DNA from: Gammaproteobacteria bacterium
GTDB lineage: Bacteria; Pseudomonadota; Gammaproteobacteria; UBA4575
Direction of reading: 5' to 3'
NCBI GenBank assembly: GCA_965262455.1
Contig: CBDHFH010000008.1
Span: 1,219,911-1,283,910, forward strand
DNA length: 64,000 nt
The translations under genes were made by a program, and so were the position numbers. The notes under the pieces are model-generated. The model ran no database searches and was not told the DNA's origin. It saw only the letters and a list, made by a program, of their open reading frames with translations. Of this stretch, positions 9,413-21,434 are shown piece after piece (the stretch's first letter is position 1; each line of letters opens with the position of its first letter).

Positions 9413-9964
9413 TTACTCACCAGCACGTGGATAACGCGTCACGAATGCACTATCTAGTTTTAGTTTTACTTTAAGATTGTCTTTGAGTTTAATAGCTTCT
9501 TCTTGAGAGATGACTGGGCCAACTTTAACCCGATAATAATCCTTACCTTTGCTTTCTCCAATTTCAATTAATGCATCATAGTCAGCTGCAAGTAAGTTCT
9601 GTTGCATGGCAAGCGCTTTTTCTTTTTCACCGAATGCACCCACCTGCACTACCCAACTCAATAATTCGGGCTTGGTAGTTTCACTAACAACAACTTCAGG
9701 CATGATATTTTGATTAATATCGATATCAGGCGGTTCGGCATCAGGCTCATTGGTACTATCACTGGATGTGTGCTCTGGGGCAGGCGTTTGCACTTGATCT
9801 TCAATTTCATCTGAAAACACTAGCGTTGGTTCAGGGGGCATTTCCATATCAATCGTTGCAATTGTGTCTTTACCCGAACCATCTAATATCATCGGGATAA
9901 AAATCACTGCCAACGACAACAATACTGCCGCACCAACTATTCGGTATTTGAGGGTCGGGTCCAC
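9413..9964 (-). CDS. dedD: DedD-like cell-division protein with a C-terminal SPOR domain
   Basis: 183 aa. It has an N-terminal TM segment, an acidic linker and a C-terminal SPOR-like domain (VVQVGAFGEKEKA...YYRVKVGPV). It occupies the conserved folC-dedD-cvpA position. Confidence 0.65.
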   Translation of the reverse strand: MDPTLKYRIVGAAVLLSLAVIFIPMILDGSGKDTIATIDMEMPPEPTLVFSDEIEDQVQTPAPEHTSSDSTNEPDAEPPDIDINQNIMPEVVVSETTKPELLSWVVQVGAFGEKEKALAMQQNLLAADYDALIEIGESKGKDYYRVKVGPVISQEEAIKLKDNLKVKLKLDSAFVTRYPRAGE

Positions 9965-10081
9965 TAGATAAATAGACTCATGAGTTGCCAGAATATGAAG
10001 TCATTTTACATAATCCCACTATGACTTGCGAAACATCTAGCAACTCCCTTCGGTAAATAAACGATAAAGACATTGTGGTAG

Positions 10082-11362
10082 TTAGGATTCGCTTGCCAAT
10101 ACTTCAGAGACGGTGAATATAGAGCCAAACACTAATATACGATCCCCTTCAGACGCATTCATCTGCGCCTGAGAATAAGCACTTTCGACAGAATCAAATT
10201 TAACCACATGGGTATTCGAGTTTTGCTTCATAAGTGACTGTTCTACCTCATCAACTTGCATGCGACGTGGTGAGTTGACATGCGCAATATACCATTCATC
10301 AATATGGCCATGCAGTAAGGAGACAATGCCGTCGACATCTTTATCATTCAGCACGGCGAATACTGCAATGGTTTTTTCAGGCTTCGGTAACGCACTTAAG
10401 TTCTCAGATAATATTTTCGCGCTGTCGTAATTATGCGCAACATCCAGAATGATTTCACAATCTTTTACTATCCGTTGGAAGCGCCCTTCAAGAGTGACTT
10501 CTCTTAATCCGGTCTCAATCGCATCACGATGAAACGGTAATTTGTCTTTAATACAGTGTAACCCCATCATTACACTTGCCGCATTTCTTATTTGTACTGC
10601 GCCCGACAAGTTAGGCAAGGGCAATCCATGCAGCTCATAGTCCTGAGTCACAAACGACCAAGAGGATTTAGCCACTTGATAATGAAAATCCTGGTTTATC
10701 TGGTATAACTTTGCACCTGCTTTGTCAGCACTTTCTTGTATGGAACTTGGTGGTTCTATATCACCACAGATGGCTGGCTTGTTGTCACGAAAAATACCTG
10801 CTTTTTCGTATCCTATTAATTCACGCGTATCACCTAGCCACTCGGTGTGATCCAATCCGATACTTGTGACAAAGGCCAAGTCATTATCAATGATATTTGT
10901 CGCATCTAAACGCCCGCCAAGACCAACTTCTAATACGGCTACGTCAACATTATTATTATGAAAAATATCTAGGGCCGTTAGTGTCGCAAACTCAAAAAAA
11001 CTTAAGCTGATATCTTCCCTTGCTTGATTGATTTTTTCAAATGAAACACACAATTGCTCGTCGTTGACACATCTTAAGCCAATGCGGATGCGTTCGTTAT
11101 AGTGAATAATATGAGGGGATGTATAAGTACCAACTTTGTAGCCTGCATGATGCAAGATGGTACTTAGCATGGCGACTGCAGAACCTTTGCCATTCGTCCC
11201 TGCGACAGTAATTACCTGGAACGGGCAATTTAATAACTCTAAACGTGATGCTACCCGAGAAATTCTATCCAACCCCAATTCTATTTCACGCGCATGCAGG
11301 GTGGTTTGCCATGCGAGCCAATCATCAAGCGTTTTATATTTCATTTGTGAGCTGATAAGCAA
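10082..11362 (-). CDS. folC: Bifunctional folylpolyglutamate synthase / dihydrofolate synthase
   Basis: The 426-aa ORF has the Mur-ligase P-loop (VAGTNGKGS) and conserved accD-folC synteny. Confidence 0.9.
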   Translation of the reverse strand: MLISSQMKYKTLDDWLAWQTTLHAREIELGLDRISRVASRLELLNCPFQVITVAGTNGKGSAVAMLSTILHHAGYKVGTYTSPHIIHYNERIRIGLRCVNDEQLCVSFEKINQAREDISLSFFEFATLTALDIFHNNNVDVAVLEVGLGGRLDATNIIDNDLAFVTSIGLDHTEWLGDTRELIGYEKAGIFRDNKPAICGDIEPPSSIQESADKAGAKLYQINQDFHYQVAKSSWSFVTQDYELHGLPLPNLSGAVQIRNAASVMMGLHCIKDKLPFHRDAIETGLREVTLEGRFQRIVKDCEIILDVAHNYDSAKILSENLSALPKPEKTIAVFAVLNDKDVDGIVSLLHGHIDEWYIAHVNSPRRMQVDEVEQSLMKQNSNTHVVKFDSVESAYSQAQMNASEGDRILVFGSIFTVSEVLASES

Positions 11363-11399
11363 CGAATACAGGAGTTATGCAGTTACTTGCTAATAAAAT

Positions 11400-12257
11400 C
11401 TAAACCACGCGATCAGTTAAAATACGCAATACATTATGAATACGGTCGCGCAGCTCTTTTCTCTCGACAATCATGTCGATTGCGCCATGCTCTAGCAAGA
11501 ACTCACTTCTTTGAAATCCTTCTGGCAGGGTCTCACGTACAGTTTGCTGGATGACGCGTGGGCCAGCGAAGCCAATCAAGGCATTCGGTTCAGCAATGTG
11601 TACATCACCAAGCATGGCGAAACTGGCCGATACACCCCCCATGGTTGGGTCGGTTAACACAGATATGAAAGGTAACTTCTGTTCTGATAATTTTGTCAAT
11701 GCAGCACTTGTTTTTGCCATTTGCATTAATGACATTAACGCCTCCTGCATGCGTGCACCGCCACTTGTTGAAAAACAAACAAAAGGAATACTCTCGGCAA
11801 TACTCTTTTTTACACCCAAGAGAAAACGTTCACCAACAACAGATCCCATAGAGCCGCCCATAAAATTAAACTCAAATGCTGCCACTACTACTGGCATACC
11901 TTTGAGCTTACCTTGCGCAACAATTAACGCGTCTTTTTCACCTGTTGTCTTGCTAGCAACTGATAAACGATCTTTATATTTTTTTGAATCCTTGAATTTC
12001 AAGAAATCCTTGGGTTCTAGATCTTCACCAATTTCAATCTGCTCACCATCATCAAGAAAGTACTTTACGCGACTACGCGCACTAATTCTTAAATGATGAT
12101 TACACTTAGGACATACTTGTAAATTTCGTTCTAATTCTGCGCCATACAATACTGCGCTGCATTGCGGACATTTATCCCATAGCCCTTCAGGAACTTTTCG
12201 CTTGGTCGTACTTTCGGTACGAATATGCGAAGGCATCAGTTTCTCTAACCAGCTCAT
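11400..12257 (-). CDS. accD: Acetyl-CoA carboxylase carboxyltransferase subunit beta
   Basis: The 285-aa ORF has an N-terminal Zn-ribbon (CPQCSAVLY...CPKCNHH) and a carboxyltransferase domain. Confidence 0.95.
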   Translation of the reverse strand: MSWLEKLMPSHIRTESTTKRKVPEGLWDKCPQCSAVLYGAELERNLQVCPKCNHHLRISARSRVKYFLDDGEQIEIGEDLEPKDFLKFKDSKKYKDRLSVASKTTGEKDALIVAQGKLKGMPVVVAAFEFNFMGGSMGSVVGERFLLGVKKSIAESIPFVCFSTSGGARMQEALMSLMQMAKTSAALTKLSEQKLPFISVLTDPTMGGVSASFAMLGDVHIAEPNALIGFAGPRVIQQTVRETLPEGFQRSEFLLEHGAIDMIVERKELRDRIHNVLRILTDRVV

Positions 12258-12280
12258 ATTGTATTTTTATTGGGAGATTA

Positions 12281-13105
12281 TTAGGCAATATTTTGTATTG
12301 AAGCGCTATTATCCAATGCATTCTTAATATCACGCAATAGCATTTTTACTTTAGACAAGCCATTAGTCATATCTTCGCCATACTCAGCGATGATGGATAC
12401 GATAGCACTACCTACGACAACGGCATCTGCATACCCGGCGACTAATCTTGCTGTTTCAGCATCTTTGATTCCAAACCCAACCGCAACAGGTAACTCAGTA
12501 TGTTGATTTATTTCAGCGACTTTATGCGCAACACTATTCACGTCTAAGCGACTAGCGCCAGTAATGCCTTTAAACGATACATAGTATAAAAATCCGGAAG
12601 CAAGCCCAGTAATCATTTTTATACGTTGTTCACGAGTTGTTGGTGCAAGCAAATAAATAGTATCAATATCTTGCGATTGATAAATCTGTGCAACTTGCTG
12701 ACTTTCTTCAGGCGGCAGGTCTACTGTGATAACTCCATCTACTAGACTGCTCACAGTTGTCGCAAATTTCTCTACACCATAAATTTCTATTGGATTCTGA
12801 TAACCCATCAGCACCACAGGAGTATCAGCATTTTGTGTTCTAAATGTTTTTACAATTTCGATTACATCATTTAATGATGTGTCATGCTTCAAGGCACGCT
12901 CACATGCCAGCTGAATCACGGGGCCATCTGCCATTGGGTCTGAGAATGGCACACCCAGTTCGATGATGTCCGTGCCCGCCTCTACCAAGGCATGCATAAT
13001 AGCCACGGTTTCTGTGGGATGAGGATCACCAGCGGTTACATAGCTAATTAATGCTTTTTGATTATTCGCTTTTAGGTCTGCAAAGCATTGTTTAATTCGA
13101 CTCAC
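12281..13105 (-). CDS. trpA: Tryptophan synthase alpha chain
   Basis: 274 aa, typical TrpA TIM barrel. It overlaps trpB by 4 bp. Confidence 0.95.
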   Translation of the reverse strand: MSRIKQCFADLKANNQKALISYVTAGDPHPTETVAIMHALVEAGTDIIELGVPFSDPMADGPVIQLACERALKHDTSLNDVIEIVKTFRTQNADTPVVLMGYQNPIEIYGVEKFATTVSSLVDGVITVDLPPEESQQVAQIYQSQDIDTIYLLAPTTREQRIKMITGLASGFLYYVSFKGITGASRLDVNSVAHKVAEINQHTELPVAVGFGIKDAETARLVAGYADAVVVGSAIVSIIAEYGEDMTNGLSKVKMLLRDIKNALDNSASIQNIA

Positions 13106-14322
13106 AACTCAATCCCTTCAATACGTGCGACAGTATTAATGTCTTTATCACCACGCCCAGATAAATTTACAATAATAGTTTGATTCTGGCTCATCGATTT
13201 TGCTAGCTTTTTGCAATATGCCATGGCATGGCTGCTTTCAAGTGCAGGGATGATGCCTTCCACCCGTGTTAACTCATGGAATGCTGCAAGCGCTTCTTCA
13301 TCTGTCACGGTGACATAGTCCACACTGCCAACATCTTTTAACCATGCATGCTCAGGACCAACACCTGGGTAATCAAGCCCGGCAGAAATCGAATGTGTCT
13401 CTATAATTTGACCATTATTATCTTCCATTAAATAAGTTCGATTTCCATGTAGTACGCCAGGACTACCTGCATTCAATGGAGCGGAGTGCCGGCCTGTCTG
13501 AAGGCCATCCCCTCCCGCTTCAACGCCATATTTTTTCACCTCAGTATCAGGTAAAAACGGATGAAACAATCCAATCGCATTTGAACCACCACCAACACAA
13601 GCAACTAATGCATCAGGCAGCTTACCTGTTTGTTCAAGACTTTGCTGACGCGCCTCACGCCCGATAACGGTCTGAAAATCTCTCACTAATAATGGATAAG
13701 GGTGCGGACCTGCGACTGTGCCTATAATATAAAATGTATTGTCTACATTAGTCACCCAGTCGCGCAATGCTTCATTCAAAGCATCTTTAAGTGTACGTGA
13801 ACCAGACGTGACTGGCACAACCGTGGCGCCGAGTAAACGCATACGATACACATTTGGTGCCTGTCTCTGTATGTCATCTGCGCCCATATAGACTACGCAT
13901 TCCAAGCCTAAGCGTGCTGCAATCGTGGCACTGGCAACGCCATGTTGTCCGGCACCGGTTTCTGCAATGATGCGTGTTTTACCCATGCGCTTAGCCAGTA
14001 ATGCTTGGCCAATGGTATTATTAATTTTGTGCGCTCCGGTATGATTAAGATCCTCGCGCTTCAGATAAACTTGCGCGCCACCCCACTGTTGCGTTAAGCG
14101 CTGCGCAAAATACAGAGGACTTGGACGCCCTACGTAGTGCGCCAGATCTTCATCAAATTCTTTTTGAAATGCCACATCGTCTCGGCAAGCCATATACGCC
14201 GATTCGAGTTCTTCTAATGGGGTCATAAGGGTTTCAGCAACAAAGCGACCGCCATACATGCCAAAGTGACCCTGCTCATCAGGCATTGTTATCTGTGGTT
14301 GCTGTTTCAAATTAGCATTCAT
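13102..14322 (-). CDS. trpB: Tryptophan synthase beta chain
   Basis: 406 aa with a PLP-binding lysine motif (HTGAHKINN). Confidence 0.95.
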   Translation of the reverse strand: MNANLKQQPQITMPDEQGHFGMYGGRFVAETLMTPLEELESAYMACRDDVAFQKEFDEDLAHYVGRPSPLYFAQRLTQQWGGAQVYLKREDLNHTGAHKINNTIGQALLAKRMGKTRIIAETGAGQHGVASATIAARLGLECVVYMGADDIQRQAPNVYRMRLLGATVVPVTSGSRTLKDALNEALRDWVTNVDNTFYIIGTVAGPHPYPLLVRDFQTVIGREARQQSLEQTGKLPDALVACVGGGSNAIGLFHPFLPDTEVKKYGVEAGGDGLQTGRHSAPLNAGSPGVLHGNRTYLMEDNNGQIIETHSISAGLDYPGVGPEHAWLKDVGSVDYVTVTDEEALAAFHELTRVEGIIPALESSHAMAYCKKLAKSMSQNQTIIVNLSGRGDKDINTVARIEGIEL

Positions 14323-14956
14323 TCGCTATTCTCACTGACTTAACAAAGTCTTTCATTTTATTAATATCTTTTTTGCCTTTAGAAATTTCTATACCACTGC
14401 TGACATCTACTGCATACGGATTTATTTGTTTTATCGCCGCACCGACATTGCTTGCATTTAAGCCCCCTGCAAGAATCATTGGCTGCTCAAACTCAGGCAC
14501 TCTACTCCAGTCAAATGTCTTTCCTGACCCACCAGGCTCACCAAGTTCGTTACTGTCTAACAATATGGCCGCCGCTGAAGGATAGGCAAGTTTTGCTCTA
14601 ACTGCACCTGTTCCCTCATCAGACAGGCTGCCCATGGCAATACTTTTCAAGTAAGGCATGCCAAATGATAGACAAAATTGTTCTGATTCTGTGCCATGAA
14701 ATTGAAGCATGTCCAGTGATACATTACTGATTATGTCATTGATTGTACTCGCATCTTGATCCATGAATAACCCTATTCGCGTCACAAGTGGGCCGCACTG
14801 GTTAATTAGCGTACACGCTTGTTGTACATTCACTGCACGTGGACTTTGTGCCGCGAACACTAAGCCAACCGCATCCACACCCAAATTGACCGCTTGAAAC
14901 ATATCTTCTTCACGTGTGATACCACAAAATTTGATACGGGTTCTATGTATATTCAC
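14312..14956 (-). CDS. trpF: N-(5'-phosphoribosyl)anthranilate isomerase
   Basis: 214 aa, monofunctional TrpF, in the trpF-trpB-trpA order. Confidence 0.85.
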   Translation of the reverse strand: MNIHRTRIKFCGITREEDMFQAVNLGVDAVGLVFAAQSPRAVNVQQACTLINQCGPLVTRIGLFMDQDASTINDIISNVSLDMLQFHGTESEQFCLSFGMPYLKSIAMGSLSDEGTGAVRAKLAYPSAAAILLDSNELGEPGGSGKTFDWSRVPEFEQPMILAGGLNASNVGAAIKQINPYAVDVSSGIEISKGKKDINKMKDFVKSVRIANEC

Positions 14957-14986
14957 TTAAATATATTCGCTTAATTTTAGCTTCAT

Positions 14987-15736
14987 TTAGATTTGAAATC
15001 TGGCATCGTATTCCACGGATATAAAGTATAACCCTTGCGCTGCTGCCGTGACGCCAGCACATGCGCGGTCTTTTTTCATTAGCACCTGTTGTGACCATTG
15101 TGTGGCGTGCTCCCCTTTACCAATGCTGATAAGCACACCGGAAAGATTGCGTACCATATGATGCAGGAATCCATTCGCAGTGACATCAATTATTACTAAA
15201 CAACCTTCACGCGTAATTTCAAGCCGGGTAATGGTTCTGACCGGATTCTTTGCCTGACAGGCCAGTGCTCGATAACTAGTGAAATCATGCTCACCAGTCA
15301 GATAATTAGCGGCTTGTTGCATACGCGTTTCATCTAACGCTAATCTCTCCCAACACGCGCGTTTATGCAGTAATGCCGGCCTCACCGCTGCGTTATAGAT
15401 GACATATCGATAAGATCGTGCACGCGCAGAAAAGCGCGCATGAAAATCATCGGGCATGAGCAGAATATTTTTGAATACAATACTGGGTGGGAGATTTGCA
15501 TTAATACCCAATAGCCAGGAACGCAAGCTGCGCTCAGCATTGGTTTCGAAATGGATAACTTGTGCCAGCGCATGGACTCCAGTGTCGGTCCTGCCAGCGC
15601 AGATTGTTCCGACTTCGTGATCGGCCACTTGACTGATTGCAGATTCCACAGCTTGTTGCACAGTTGGTGCATGAGACTGTCGCTGCCAACCGCAAAAGTC
15701 ACTACCGTCGTATTCAACAATACCTGCAAATTTCAT
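14987..15736 (-). CDS. truA: tRNA pseudouridine(38-40) synthase
   Basis: 249 aa with a TruA catalytic Asp region (GRTDTGVHA). Conserved fimV-truA-trpF synteny. Confidence 0.9.
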   Translation of the reverse strand: MKFAGIVEYDGSDFCGWQRQSHAPTVQQAVESAISQVADHEVGTICAGRTDTGVHALAQVIHFETNAERSLRSWLLGINANLPPSIVFKNILLMPDDFHARFSARARSYRYVIYNAAVRPALLHKRACWERLALDETRMQQAANYLTGEHDFTSYRALACQAKNPVRTITRLEITREGCLVIIDVTANGFLHHMVRNLSGVLISIGKGEHATQWSQQVLMKKDRACAGVTAAAQGLYFISVEYDARFQI

Positions 15737-15770
15737 TGTACTAAAAAAAATTACTCGCCCAAACTAACAA

Positions 15771-15795
15771 AGCCCCAGTGTAATCACTGAGGCTT
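15771..15795 (-). terminator. Candidate stem-loop between fimV and truA. It is a possible weak terminator or attenuator.
   Basis: agccccagtg-taat-cactgaggct forms a 10-bp inverted repeat with one mismatch. It lies 30 bp below the fimV stop. The flanks are only moderately T/A-rich. Confidence 0.25.
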
Positions 15796-15824
15796 TGTTA
15801 TAAAAATAAAAGGCTGTATATAGA

Positions 15825-18800
15825 CTAACTGAGTTTATCTAGCAAGTCTTTTGCTTCTTGAATTTGCGTCTGATCGCCCTGTTCCATAACTTCAGTGAGA
15901 GTTTCTTTGGCCGCATCTTCATCACCCATATCAACGAATGCTTTGGCCAAATCAAGCTTGGTGCCTACCTCTTCAATGACTGACGGTGTTTCAAGTTCAT
16001 AGTCATCACCAAACTCGCCTAGATCAGTCATAGTGGAATCAATGTCTCCCACATCACCCGCATCAAATTGCTCAGTAACATCATCTGACAACATGTCTTT
16101 TTCGAAGGTGCCTGTCTCACTCGCAGCCAAATTGTCATCGAGATCATCAACATCTAAATCTCTTCGACCGATCTCTGACGTTTCGAGGGTTGGCAATGAG
16201 TCTTCATCCATACTTTCTGGATCTATGTCATCACTATCAAAGCTAAGTGTCTCTAATTCTGCTGTGAGATTTTCCTGTACCTGCTCCAGGCTGACAGTAT
16301 CTTCACCCGCATTATCATCATCAGTTACGCCATGAGTTGCGAATGCTTTTGCCTCTGGACTATCAGGGTCAAATAAAGAACTATCAAACATAGCAGTCTC
16401 TGATCCATCTGCATCCAGCATCTCATCTAAGTCGTTATCGATCTTGATTCCTTCCGTTGGCGCCTCAGAAGAATCATTTTCATCTAGGTCGATTGCGTCT
16501 TCTAAATCAATACTTGACGACAAAGACTCATCAAGCATCTCTGTCTTACTGTCATGGCTGACATCTGCATTGAGTTCACTTTCTAATTCATCTTGATCAA
16601 AATCCAAGAATACTTCTGTTGCATCGCTATCGGATGCTTCCTCTGAATCATTTAATTCAGGCTCTTCTGAGTCGAGATCGAATGCTTGTGTCGCATCATC
16701 CAGTGTATCGAGATCTAGGCTTGACTCCAAGATTGCTGTTGATGACTCTTCTAGTACGTCTTCATCTAGCAGATCTTCATCGAGTAAATCATCACTGTCA
16801 TGTTCCATGCCATCAGCTGAGAGGTCATCTTTAACGATATTCTCATTAGCTGGATTTTCTAGCGCTTCTGTATCAATAGAATCACTATCACCAGCATTAC
16901 TCTGATCTAGATTGCTCAGTGCACTATCATCATCGAAAGCAAAGTCTAGCGAGTTATCATCAGAGATATCTTCGCTATCAAAATCTTCTAGTTCCTCTGA
17001 TTCTGCAGCCACTTCAAAATCATCCATCGACTCCATTGATTCACTATTACCATCTTGTACAGCCACCGCGTCCGAATCACTAAACAAAGCATGCGCTGGT
17101 GCTAACGCAGCACCCATCGCCACTATTTTCGACCAGTCAGGAGATTGTTTATCAAAGTTTGGTGCAATTGATTCAACATGATGAATAAATTCATTTGACT
17201 TTTTATCGCCGTGATAAATTTCAGCAAGTTTGAGTTGATAGCTTACATTACTAGGATCTTTGAGCAGACCTTCTTTGAGCAATTCTTCTGCTTGCTGGTA
17301 TAAACCATATGAAATATATACATCTGCTTCAGCTAGGATATCGTCGCCCTCCGCATCACTAGTATCAGAGCGTGGTTCATCTATGCTTTCATTAATATCT
17401 TGGTCGACTACTTCTAACTCATCTAACGCCTCGTCAACGCTGTCAGGTGATGCAACCACTGTATCATCCAGATTTTCATCAACGGATGGCTCATCAGCAA
17501 ATGCAGGTAATCCACTTGCTGCAACTTCACTTGCTTCATCGTTTGCCTTGCGACGTTTAATACCTAGCCAGGCAAGTAGCAATGCTAGAATGCCACCACC
17601 CGCATAGAGTAAATTTTTACTTTGCTCCTGGAGCATGCCCATGACTTTATCAATCATTGACACCTGCACAGTTTCTGTTACCGGAGCTTCAACTAAAGCA
17701 GGTTTAGATACTTCCTCAACGACTTGTGCTTGTTCTCCCAAGCTTTCCGTCGCACTCTGAACTGTGCCTTGTTCCGCTGTTAAAAACTCTTCAGGAATAG
17801 GGCCTGAGAAATCAGGCAATGGTTCAACAGTGGCAGGTTTGATTGCTTGTTCAGTTTGTGCTGTGATTTGTTCACCAACTTCAGCGACAGCATCTTCAAC
17901 CTCTGTGAGAGTTTCACTCACTTCTTCCATTGCTTCTTCAACCGCATTTGTTTGGTCACCTGCGGCAACCTCGCTAGCTCCGTCCGTAGTCAGACTATTT
18001 TGCAACTGAGCTAATTGTTCATTCTGCAAACTGATAATGTCTTCTTGCTTTTTAATCATTGATTCAAGAGACTCGATACGATCTTTTAGCTCGGCATTCT
18101 CTTGACCTTTCGATTCTGAACTTTCTTTAAGCAAGTTCACTTGTTTGCGTAATTCATTAAGAGTGGCTTTTGCATCATCACCGCTTTTTCCATCAACTGC
18201 TTCACCTTCTCCAAGAATAGAAAGCTTAGAACTGGAATCTTGCTCTGGTGCTTCGACATCTGCTGCGGGTACGTCTTGAGTCCCACCCACATCGCCCGCG
18301 TCAACATTAACTGAACTTGAAGGTGAAGGTTGTGTCCCTTGTTTCCATACTTGCCATTGACGTTTTACTTCGGCAAGCGCGTCTTTTGCAGAGACATTAG
18401 CAAGGTTATCGGCAGGAATTCTTAGGATTACGCCTGATTTAAGGTTATTTATGTTGTCTGCAGAAAAACTGCCCGGATTCGCTGACTGAATAGCCAACAT
18501 CATTTGATTTACAGTGACGCCATTCTCACGCGCATAGGGAGCTGCAATACTCCATAGCGTATCTCCACGTTTAACTGTACGCGTGCCAGGTGGCTGTTGG
18601 GGTTTTGTTTTTTTTAAAGTAACTGGTTTTGAGACAGTACTGGGTACTGTTGCTTGTTTCGGTCGTACAGTTGGTGCAGGTGTTTTAGGTGCAGGTGCAC
18701 TAACGACGTTACTTGAATCAGGTGCAGACTTTTTTGGCGCTTGAGTGGCCACGGTAGGTGCTTGTATTGATGCTTTAGCTTTATCACCAAATACAGGCGG

Positions 18801-19187
18801 ATCTAATAATACTGTAAATTCTCTTAACAACTTTCCTTTCGCCCAACGCACATCTATTAAGAAAGTCAGAAACGGCTCACGTATGGCATCAGTTGATGTC
18901 ACTCGGATAACAGGTTTGCCTCGAGATAACATAGGTGTGAATTTTAATCGTGTAAGTATGTAAGGACGCGGTACACCAACGCGCTCAAACATTTGTTGAC
19001 TTGCCAGTTCTACGAATACTTCATCTATTTGATCCGCTTTAAATCCGACAAGCTCAATCTCAGCATCCATTGGTTGATTAAGAGCTGAGTTAATTTGAAT
19101 ATCACCTAACCCAAAGGCGAATAAATGTCCGGGGCTACTGATAAGCATGGCGGCGATAAATATCATTGCCACGATCTTCTTATGCAT
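15825..19187 (-). CDS. fimV: FimV-like peptidoglycan-binding polar scaffold protein. It has a signal peptide, a LysM domain, a long acidic low-complexity region, one TM segment and a FimV C-terminal TPR-like motif.
   Basis: The LysM motif is GDTLWSIAAPYARENGVTVNQMMLAIQSANP. The TM segment is near GGGILALLLAWLGI. The C-terminus is DLAKAFVDMGDEDAAKETLTEVMEQG. It sits between asd and truA as in Pseudomonas. The start is placed at the internal Met (MHKKIVAMIFIAAML) of the 1132-aa ORF. Confidence 0.85.
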   Translation of the reverse strand: MHKKIVAMIFIAAMLISSPGHLFAFGLGDIQINSALNQPMDAEIELVGFKADQIDEVFVELASQQMFERVGVPRPYILTRLKFTPMLSRGKPVIRVTSTDAIREPFLTFLIDVRWAKGKLLREFTVLLDPPVFGDKAKASIQAPTVATQAPKKSAPDSSNVVSAPAPKTPAPTVRPKQATVPSTVSKPVTLKKTKPQQPPGTRTVKRGDTLWSIAAPYARENGVTVNQMMLAIQSANPGSFSADNINNLKSGVILRIPADNLANVSAKDALAEVKRQWQVWKQGTQPSPSSSVNVDAGDVGGTQDVPAADVEAPEQDSSSKLSILGEGEAVDGKSGDDAKATLNELRKQVNLLKESSESKGQENAELKDRIESLESMIKKQEDIISLQNEQLAQLQNSLTTDGASEVAAGDQTNAVEEAMEEVSETLTEVEDAVAEVGEQITAQTEQAIKPATVEPLPDFSGPIPEEFLTAEQGTVQSATESLGEQAQVVEEVSKPALVEAPVTETVQVSMIDKVMGMLQEQSKNLLYAGGGILALLLAWLGIKRRKANDEASEVAASGLPAFADEPSVDENLDDTVVASPDSVDEALDELEVVDQDINESIDEPRSDTSDAEGDDILAEADVYISYGLYQQAEELLKEGLLKDPSNVSYQLKLAEIYHGDKKSNEFIHHVESIAPNFDKQSPDWSKIVAMGAALAPAHALFSDSDAVAVQDGNSESMESMDDFEVAAESEELEDFDSEDISDDNSLDFAFDDDSALSNLDQSNAGDSDSIDTEALENPANENIVKDDLSADGMEHDSDDLLDEDLLDEDVLEESSTAILESSLDLDTLDDATQAFDLDSEEPELNDSEEASDSDATEVFLDFDQDELESELNADVSHDSKTEMLDESLSSSIDLEDAIDLDENDSSEAPTEGIKIDNDLDEMLDADGSETAMFDSSLFDPDSPEAKAFATHGVTDDDNAGEDTVSLEQVQENLTAELETLSFDSDDIDPESMDEDSLPTLETSEIGRRDLDVDDLDDNLAASETGTFEKDMLSDDVTEQFDAGDVGDIDSTMTDLGEFGDDYELETPSVIEEVGTKLDLAKAFVDMGDEDAAKETLTEVMEQGDQTQIQEAKDLLDKLS

Positions 19188-19292
19188 TCTTGTTTCCCCC
19201 ATGATTAATTTTTGTATATTCACTGGTTAATTATCAAGCTATATAGAGATTCTACTTTAAGTTAAATGGATAACTCACTTCGATAATATAAA

Positions 19293-20315
19293 TTATATAT
19301 GATTTTCGATCAAAAATTCTGCGATCTGAATGCTATTTAAAGCCGCACCTTTTCTTACATTATCGCTGACTACCCACATGTTAAGTCCTTTAGGATGGGA
19401 GATATCTTCTCGGATGCGGCCTACAAACACTGGGTCTGTTCCATCCGCCTCGGTTGCAGCTGTGGGATAACCTCCATCTTTTCTGTCATCCATTACTACT
19501 ACCCCGGGTGCACTCGCTAACAACTCACGAGCTTGCTGTGCGCTCAGCGCCTGTTTCAACTCCAGATGCACTGCCTCAGAGTGACCGTAAACGACAGGAA
19601 TTCTCACTGCTGTAGGGTTCACGCGGATACTGTCGTCACCCATGATTTTATGGGTCTCCCATACCATTTTCATTTCTTCCTTGGTGTATCCGTTATCCTG
19701 GAATATATCTATATGTGGCAGTGCGTTAAAAGCAATTTGTTTCGGATAAACGCTACAATTCAGCGGCTCACCCGCTATAAAAGCGCGTGTTTGTTGATCT
19801 AGTTCATTAATCGCATCTTTTCCTGTGCCAGACACTGCCTGATAGGTAGCAACGTTAATTCTGTCAATTCCGACGGCATCATGAATGGGTTTCAGAGCAA
19901 CCAACATTTGAATAGTCGAACAATTAGGATTAGCAATTATGCCATGGTTTTTATACTCGGCAATGGCATGCGGATTCACCTCAGGAACCACGAGTGGCAC
20001 ATCCTCTTCATAGCGAAAACGCGAGGTATTATCAATCACCACACAGCCTTGCTCAGCAGCTTTTGGCGCATAAATATCCGACACTGACGCGCCCGGTGAA
20101 AATAAGCCGATATCGGTTTTAGAAAAATCAAATGTTGCCAGATCCTGAGCCTCTAAACAGCGGTCGCCAAAAGGCACCGGCTTGCCCACAGAGCGCTCAC
20201 TGGCAAGTGCGTATACATTTCCCACTGGGAATTTACGTTGCGCCAAAATCGATAACATGACTTCGCCAACAGCGCCTGTTGCGCCCACTACTGCGACATC
20301 ATATTTTTTACTCAT
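19293..20315 (-). CDS. asd: Aspartate-semialdehyde dehydrogenase
   Basis: 340 aa with an N-terminal NAD(P)-binding VAVVGATGAVG and a catalytic Cys region. Confidence 0.9.
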   Translation of the reverse strand: MSKKYDVAVVGATGAVGEVMLSILAQRKFPVGNVYALASERSVGKPVPFGDRCLEAQDLATFDFSKTDIGLFSPGASVSDIYAPKAAEQGCVVIDNTSRFRYEEDVPLVVPEVNPHAIAEYKNHGIIANPNCSTIQMLVALKPIHDAVGIDRINVATYQAVSGTGKDAINELDQQTRAFIAGEPLNCSVYPKQIAFNALPHIDIFQDNGYTKEEMKMVWETHKIMGDDSIRVNPTAVRIPVVYGHSEAVHLELKQALSAQQARELLASAPGVVVMDDRKDGGYPTAATEADGTDPVFVGRIREDISHPKGLNMWVVSDNVRKGAALNSIQIAEFLIENHI

Positions 20316-20342
20316 TCGTTATTCCTTTAGCTATTTTTAGAC

Positions 20343-21434
20343 TTATCCAGTCATCACTTGTTGTAAATTTTTCACTACCGCATCTCCCATTTCACTGGTT
20401 GATACTGCTTGACCATCTTCCTCACAAATATCTTTAGTACGCGCACCTTGCTGTAACGTCATGACAACTGCCGCTTCAATTTTCTCTGCCGCTGCTGGCT
20501 GATTTAATGAGTAGCGCAACATCATGGCAACAGACAATATTGTTGCCAATGGATTCGCTACATTTTTCCCAGCAATGTCAGGTGCAGAACCATGTATAGG
20601 CTCATACATGCCTTTGTTGTGCTGATTCAAGGAGGCAGATGGCAACATGCCAATAGAGCCAGTTAGCATGGCAGCAGCATCAGATAAGATATCTCCAAAT
20701 AAGTTAGACGTGAGGATAACGTCAAACTGCTTGGGGGCACGCACCAGCTGCATGGCTGCGTTATCAACATACATATGGCTAAGTTCAACATCACCGTATT
20801 GCTTATGCACCTCTTCAACGACTTCACGCCACAGTAAAGACACTTCCAGCACATTGGCTTTATCCACCGAACAAAGTCGTTTATCCCGTTTCTGAGCAGC
20901 GGCAAAGGCTACATGCGCAATGCGACGGATTTCATTTTCATCGTAGACCATTGTGTTATAAGCACGACGAATATTATTCTGCACTTCTCGAGCGCGCGGC
21001 TGACCAAAATAAATACCGCCTGTTAGTTCACGTACGATTAGTAAATCTAGATCGGCAACCAATTCCGGCTTTAGCGATGAAGCAGCAGCTAACTCTGCAT
21101 ACAACAGTGCAGGACGCAAATTAGCGAATAAATTTAACTGTGCACGTATATCTAATAAGCCCTGCTCAGGACGCAGGTGACGTTCAACTCCATCGTATTG
21201 CGGACCCCCAACCGCACCCAGCAGAACAGCGTCGCTGCGCTCAGCTTGCGCTATGGTGTCAGCCGGTAATGGCGACTTTGTTTCATTATAGGCGGCACCA
21301 CCAATCAAACCATGTTGCAGCTCCAGCGCAAGACCATCAGCGCGCAAACAATCAAGCACTTTAATCGCCTCAGCAACTATTTCAGGCCCAATGCCGTCAC
21401 CGGGAAGAACAAGTATGCTAGGTGTTTTAGTCAT
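20343..21434 (-). CDS. leuB: 3-isopropylmalate dehydrogenase
   Basis: 363 aa, isocitrate/isopropylmalate dehydrogenase family. It lies in leuC-leuD-leuB order. Confidence 0.95.
   Translation of the reverse strand: MTKTPSILVLPGDGIGPEIVAEAIKVLDCLRADGLALELQHGLIGGAAYNETKSPLPADTIAQAERSDAVLLGAVGGPQYDGVERHLRPEQGLLDIRAQLNLFANLRPALLYAELAAASSLKPELVADLDLLIVRELTGGIYFGQPRAREVQNNIRRAYNTMVYDENEIRRIAHVAFAAAQKRDKRLCSVDKANVLEVSLLWREVVEEVHKQYGDVELSHMYVDNAAMQLVRAPKQFDVILTSNLFGDILSDAAAMLTGSIGMLPSASLNQHNKGMYEPIHGSAPDIAGKNVANPLATILSVAMMLRYSLNQPAAAEKIEAAVVMTLQQGARTKDICEEDGQAVSTSEMGDAVVKNLQQVMTG

Noticed and set aside
11551-12096. 181-aa ORF antisense to accD
   Set aside because: It is embedded in a highly conserved gene on the opposite strand and has no motif support.
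16033-18009. Several Ser-rich ORFs antisense to fimV
   Set aside because: They are the complement of the GAx/GAT-rich acidic low-complexity region of FimV and reflect codon-composition artefact.
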